NCBI GenBank assembly: GCA_051294375.1
Contig: CM119268.1
Span: 23,261,762 to 23,325,761 of the forward strand
Direction: 5' to 3'
Source: Paraspadella gotoi
Lineage: Eukaryota > Animalia > Chaetognatha
Length of the DNA stretch: 64,000 nucleotides
Position numbers and translations under genes: made by a program. Of the stretch, positions 61,552-64,000 are shown one piece after another; the first letter of the stretch is position 1, and each line of letters opens with the position of its first letter. The notes under the pieces are model-generated. The model ran no database searches. It had not been told where the DNA came from and worked only from the letters and a program-made list of their open reading frames with translations.

Positions 61552-64000
61552 TTTTTTAAGCTAAAGTAAAAATCAATGATAGGATTTTTTGAAAGAAATG
61601 GAGAGTGTAGAAAATGTTTTTGTATTTTCTTTGCCCGTGGAGTTGAAACGTCATCGTAACGCTAATTAAAACCTTTTTTTAAAAATCCTATCCCGAACTT
61701 CTAACCCTAAACGCAAATCCATAACCCATAACTCTAACCAAGTCCCTAATCACTAACTTAATCTTTAACCTAATCCTTAACTCTAACCACTAACCTTAAA
61801 TAAATAAAAAATAATTTAATTCCGAATTTTAGATGGAATAGGTTGTTTAAGGAAAATAAGGCCAAAATACCTCTTGTGTCTTGGATCAGGGGGAAAGAGT
61901 CAAGTGGCTCGTGCCGATATATTTAATTTCCTCCCTTAAGACATCCGGTATTTCGTCGGCCTCTCGTCGGCTTCATGTCGGTCCTTTGTTGCCCTCTCGT
62001 CGGTATTTCCTCTCTCAGTCGTTTTCATTAACTTTTTTGGTCCCAAAGAACATGACTCATATTTTTTTTTATAAAAAGAAAATTAAAATTTCATGATATA
62101 TGAAATATGAAATTTGTCAGTCTAGATTTATAGATTTTGTCTATTTTCTTAATTTTAAATTCGGTACATTAATATTTTTACCTTGAAATCCTTTTAGAAA
62201 TGAGAAAGTGAAAGGGAGAGAGAGAGAGAAAAAAAAAAGAGAGAGAAAGAGAGAGGGAGGGAGGGAGAGATGGAGCACGACCAAGCATCGATTTCATCGC
62301 CTCAATCAGATTCTTCGCTTTCGGGCAGGAAATGGTTGACCTGAGGAGGAGGAGGAGGAGAAGAAGAGAAAGAGAAATATGAGAAGGAAATTAAAGTTCG
62401 AATTCAACGTAGATAAAATAAAGATCTAAAAAATCGCAATTATTACTAAGTAAGTCTGTATTTCTTTCTCTCTTCTTTCTTTCTTTCTTCTTTCTCTCTT
62501 TCTTTCTCTCTTGTTCTTCTCTTTTTTTCTTCTTTCTTTCTTTCTTCTTTGTCTTTCTTTCTTTCTTCTTCTTTCTTTCTTTCTTCTTTTCTTTTGTGAT
62601 AATGTTCAATGTTTTAGCGGATCTGCTATTACAGCAATCCGCTCTATAAATTCACTTGTAGTCCGTCGGTCGCCCCGTCAATCTTGTCGGGCATTCACAT
62701 ATATCATTCAGAACATTCGAACTATGCTAAAATATGCAAAAGAAATTGATGTCTGTCCATCCGTATGTCTGTCCATCCGTCCGTCTCCCCTTAGCTTTGA
62801 ACGCCAATTACTCATGATTGAATGGGGAGATTGACCTTAAACTTTGTATGTGGGTAGGAAAATGTGTGATTAAGCTGGAAATTAAGTTTCGATGGAATTG
62901 TCCGAGTTGAAATGAGTTTAAATAGAAAAAACAAAAAAAAACTATTTTACTAATTGATTTTGCTTCTTTTTCTTTTTTTATTAAATGTAAATGCAAGATG
63001 AATTAATTAATAAATAATTAATCAATTATTTAATCAATTAGTCATTTAATTAATCAATTAGTCAATTAATTAATCAGTCATTATTCAATCAATTAATTAT
63101 TCAATCAAGAAATTTTTTTATCTATTAATTAATTATTCAATCATTCAAATTATTTATCAATTTATTAACTATTCAATCAATAAATCAATCAATCAAGTAA
63201 GTGATCGTCGTTGCTTTTGTCGTGGCCAATTAAATTTGATTAATTAATTAATTATTATTACCTATAATTAACGTGGGCAGATTCGGCATTGTGTGCTCAA
63301 ACTGGTTTAGTTGCGCATTTGTCTACCAATGACTTTGTTTTTTGTGCAAAACAGCGCCGCCAAACGTGGGCAGATTCGGCATTGTGTGCTCAAACTGGTT
63401 TAGTTGCGCTTTTGTCTACCAATGACTTTCTTTTTTGTGCAAAACAGCGCCGCCAAGCGGAGAAAAAGCTTTCCTCTCTTTCTCCTCCTCTTCCTCCTCC
63501 TCCTCATCGCGAAGATATTTCANNNNNNNNNNCCAATTACTCATGATTGAATGGGGAGATTGACCTTAAACTTTGTATGTGGGTAGGAAAATGTGTGATT
63601 AAGCTGGAAATTAAGTTTCGATGGAATTGTCCGAGTTGAAATGAGTTTAAATAGAAAAAACAAAAAAACTATTTTACTAATTGATTTTGCTNNNNNNNNN
63701 NNNNNNNNNNNNNNNNNNNNNNNNNNNNNNNNNNNNNNNNNNNNNNNNNNNNNNNNNNNNNNNNNNNNNNNNNNNNNNNNNNNNNNNNNNNNNNNNNNNN
63801 NNNNNNNNNNNNNNNNNNNNNNNNNNNNNNNNNNNNNNNNNNNNNNNNNNNNNNNNNNNNNNNNNNNNNNNNNNATTATTTAATCAATTAGTCATTTAAT
63901 TAATCAATTAGTCATTTAATAAATCAGTCAATTATTCAATCAATTAATTATTCAATCAATAAATTTTTTTATCTATTAATTAATTATTCAATCATTCAAA
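61552..64000. repeat. Diverged copy of the B1-B2 spacer (46435-46490 plus 50078-52100), i.e. the start of another tandem unit
   Basis: Colinear with many substitutions rather than only indels. Lacks the 46.5-50.1 kb block. Confidence 0.8.
62612..63308 (+). mobile_element. HINE/DINE-1-like element, diverged paralogous copy of 51015-51979
   Basis: Same termini and same flanks as 51015-51979. Partly repeated again at 63534-64000 across gaps. Confidence 0.75.

Overview
This is AT-rich, microsatellite-rich eukaryotic DNA, probably from an invertebrate (arthropod-like), and not prokaryotic. The window holds a minus-strand tandem cluster of intron-containing white/scarlet-family ABCG half-transporter genes. 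Exon-by-exon reading supports three distinct paralogs. Gene A spans about 1-24.3 kb and its last exon lies left of the window. Genes B1 (26.65-46.4 kb) and B2 (53.2-61.55 kb) are closely related, and the spacer of a probable further B unit follows at 61.6-64 kb. Much of the apparent extra copy number looks like assembly artefact: three copies of A, and 31.1-41.4 kb repeating 45.7-55.8 kb. These copies differ mostly by 1-bp indels, end at identical 25-N gaps and have chimeric junctions. B1 and B2 differ by substitutions and by filled versus empty transposon sites, namely three Helentron-associated DINE-1/HINE-like elements, a TA-flanked MITE and a 2.9-kb hAT-type element. The most unusual signals are minisatellites seeded on splice donors (including a frame-preserving 27-bp repeat in the transporter's extracellular loop), a greatly extended TM5-TM6 loop, and an inverted duplication of a Helentron 3' end. 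No rRNA, intact tRNA, CRISPR array or transposase ORF was found.
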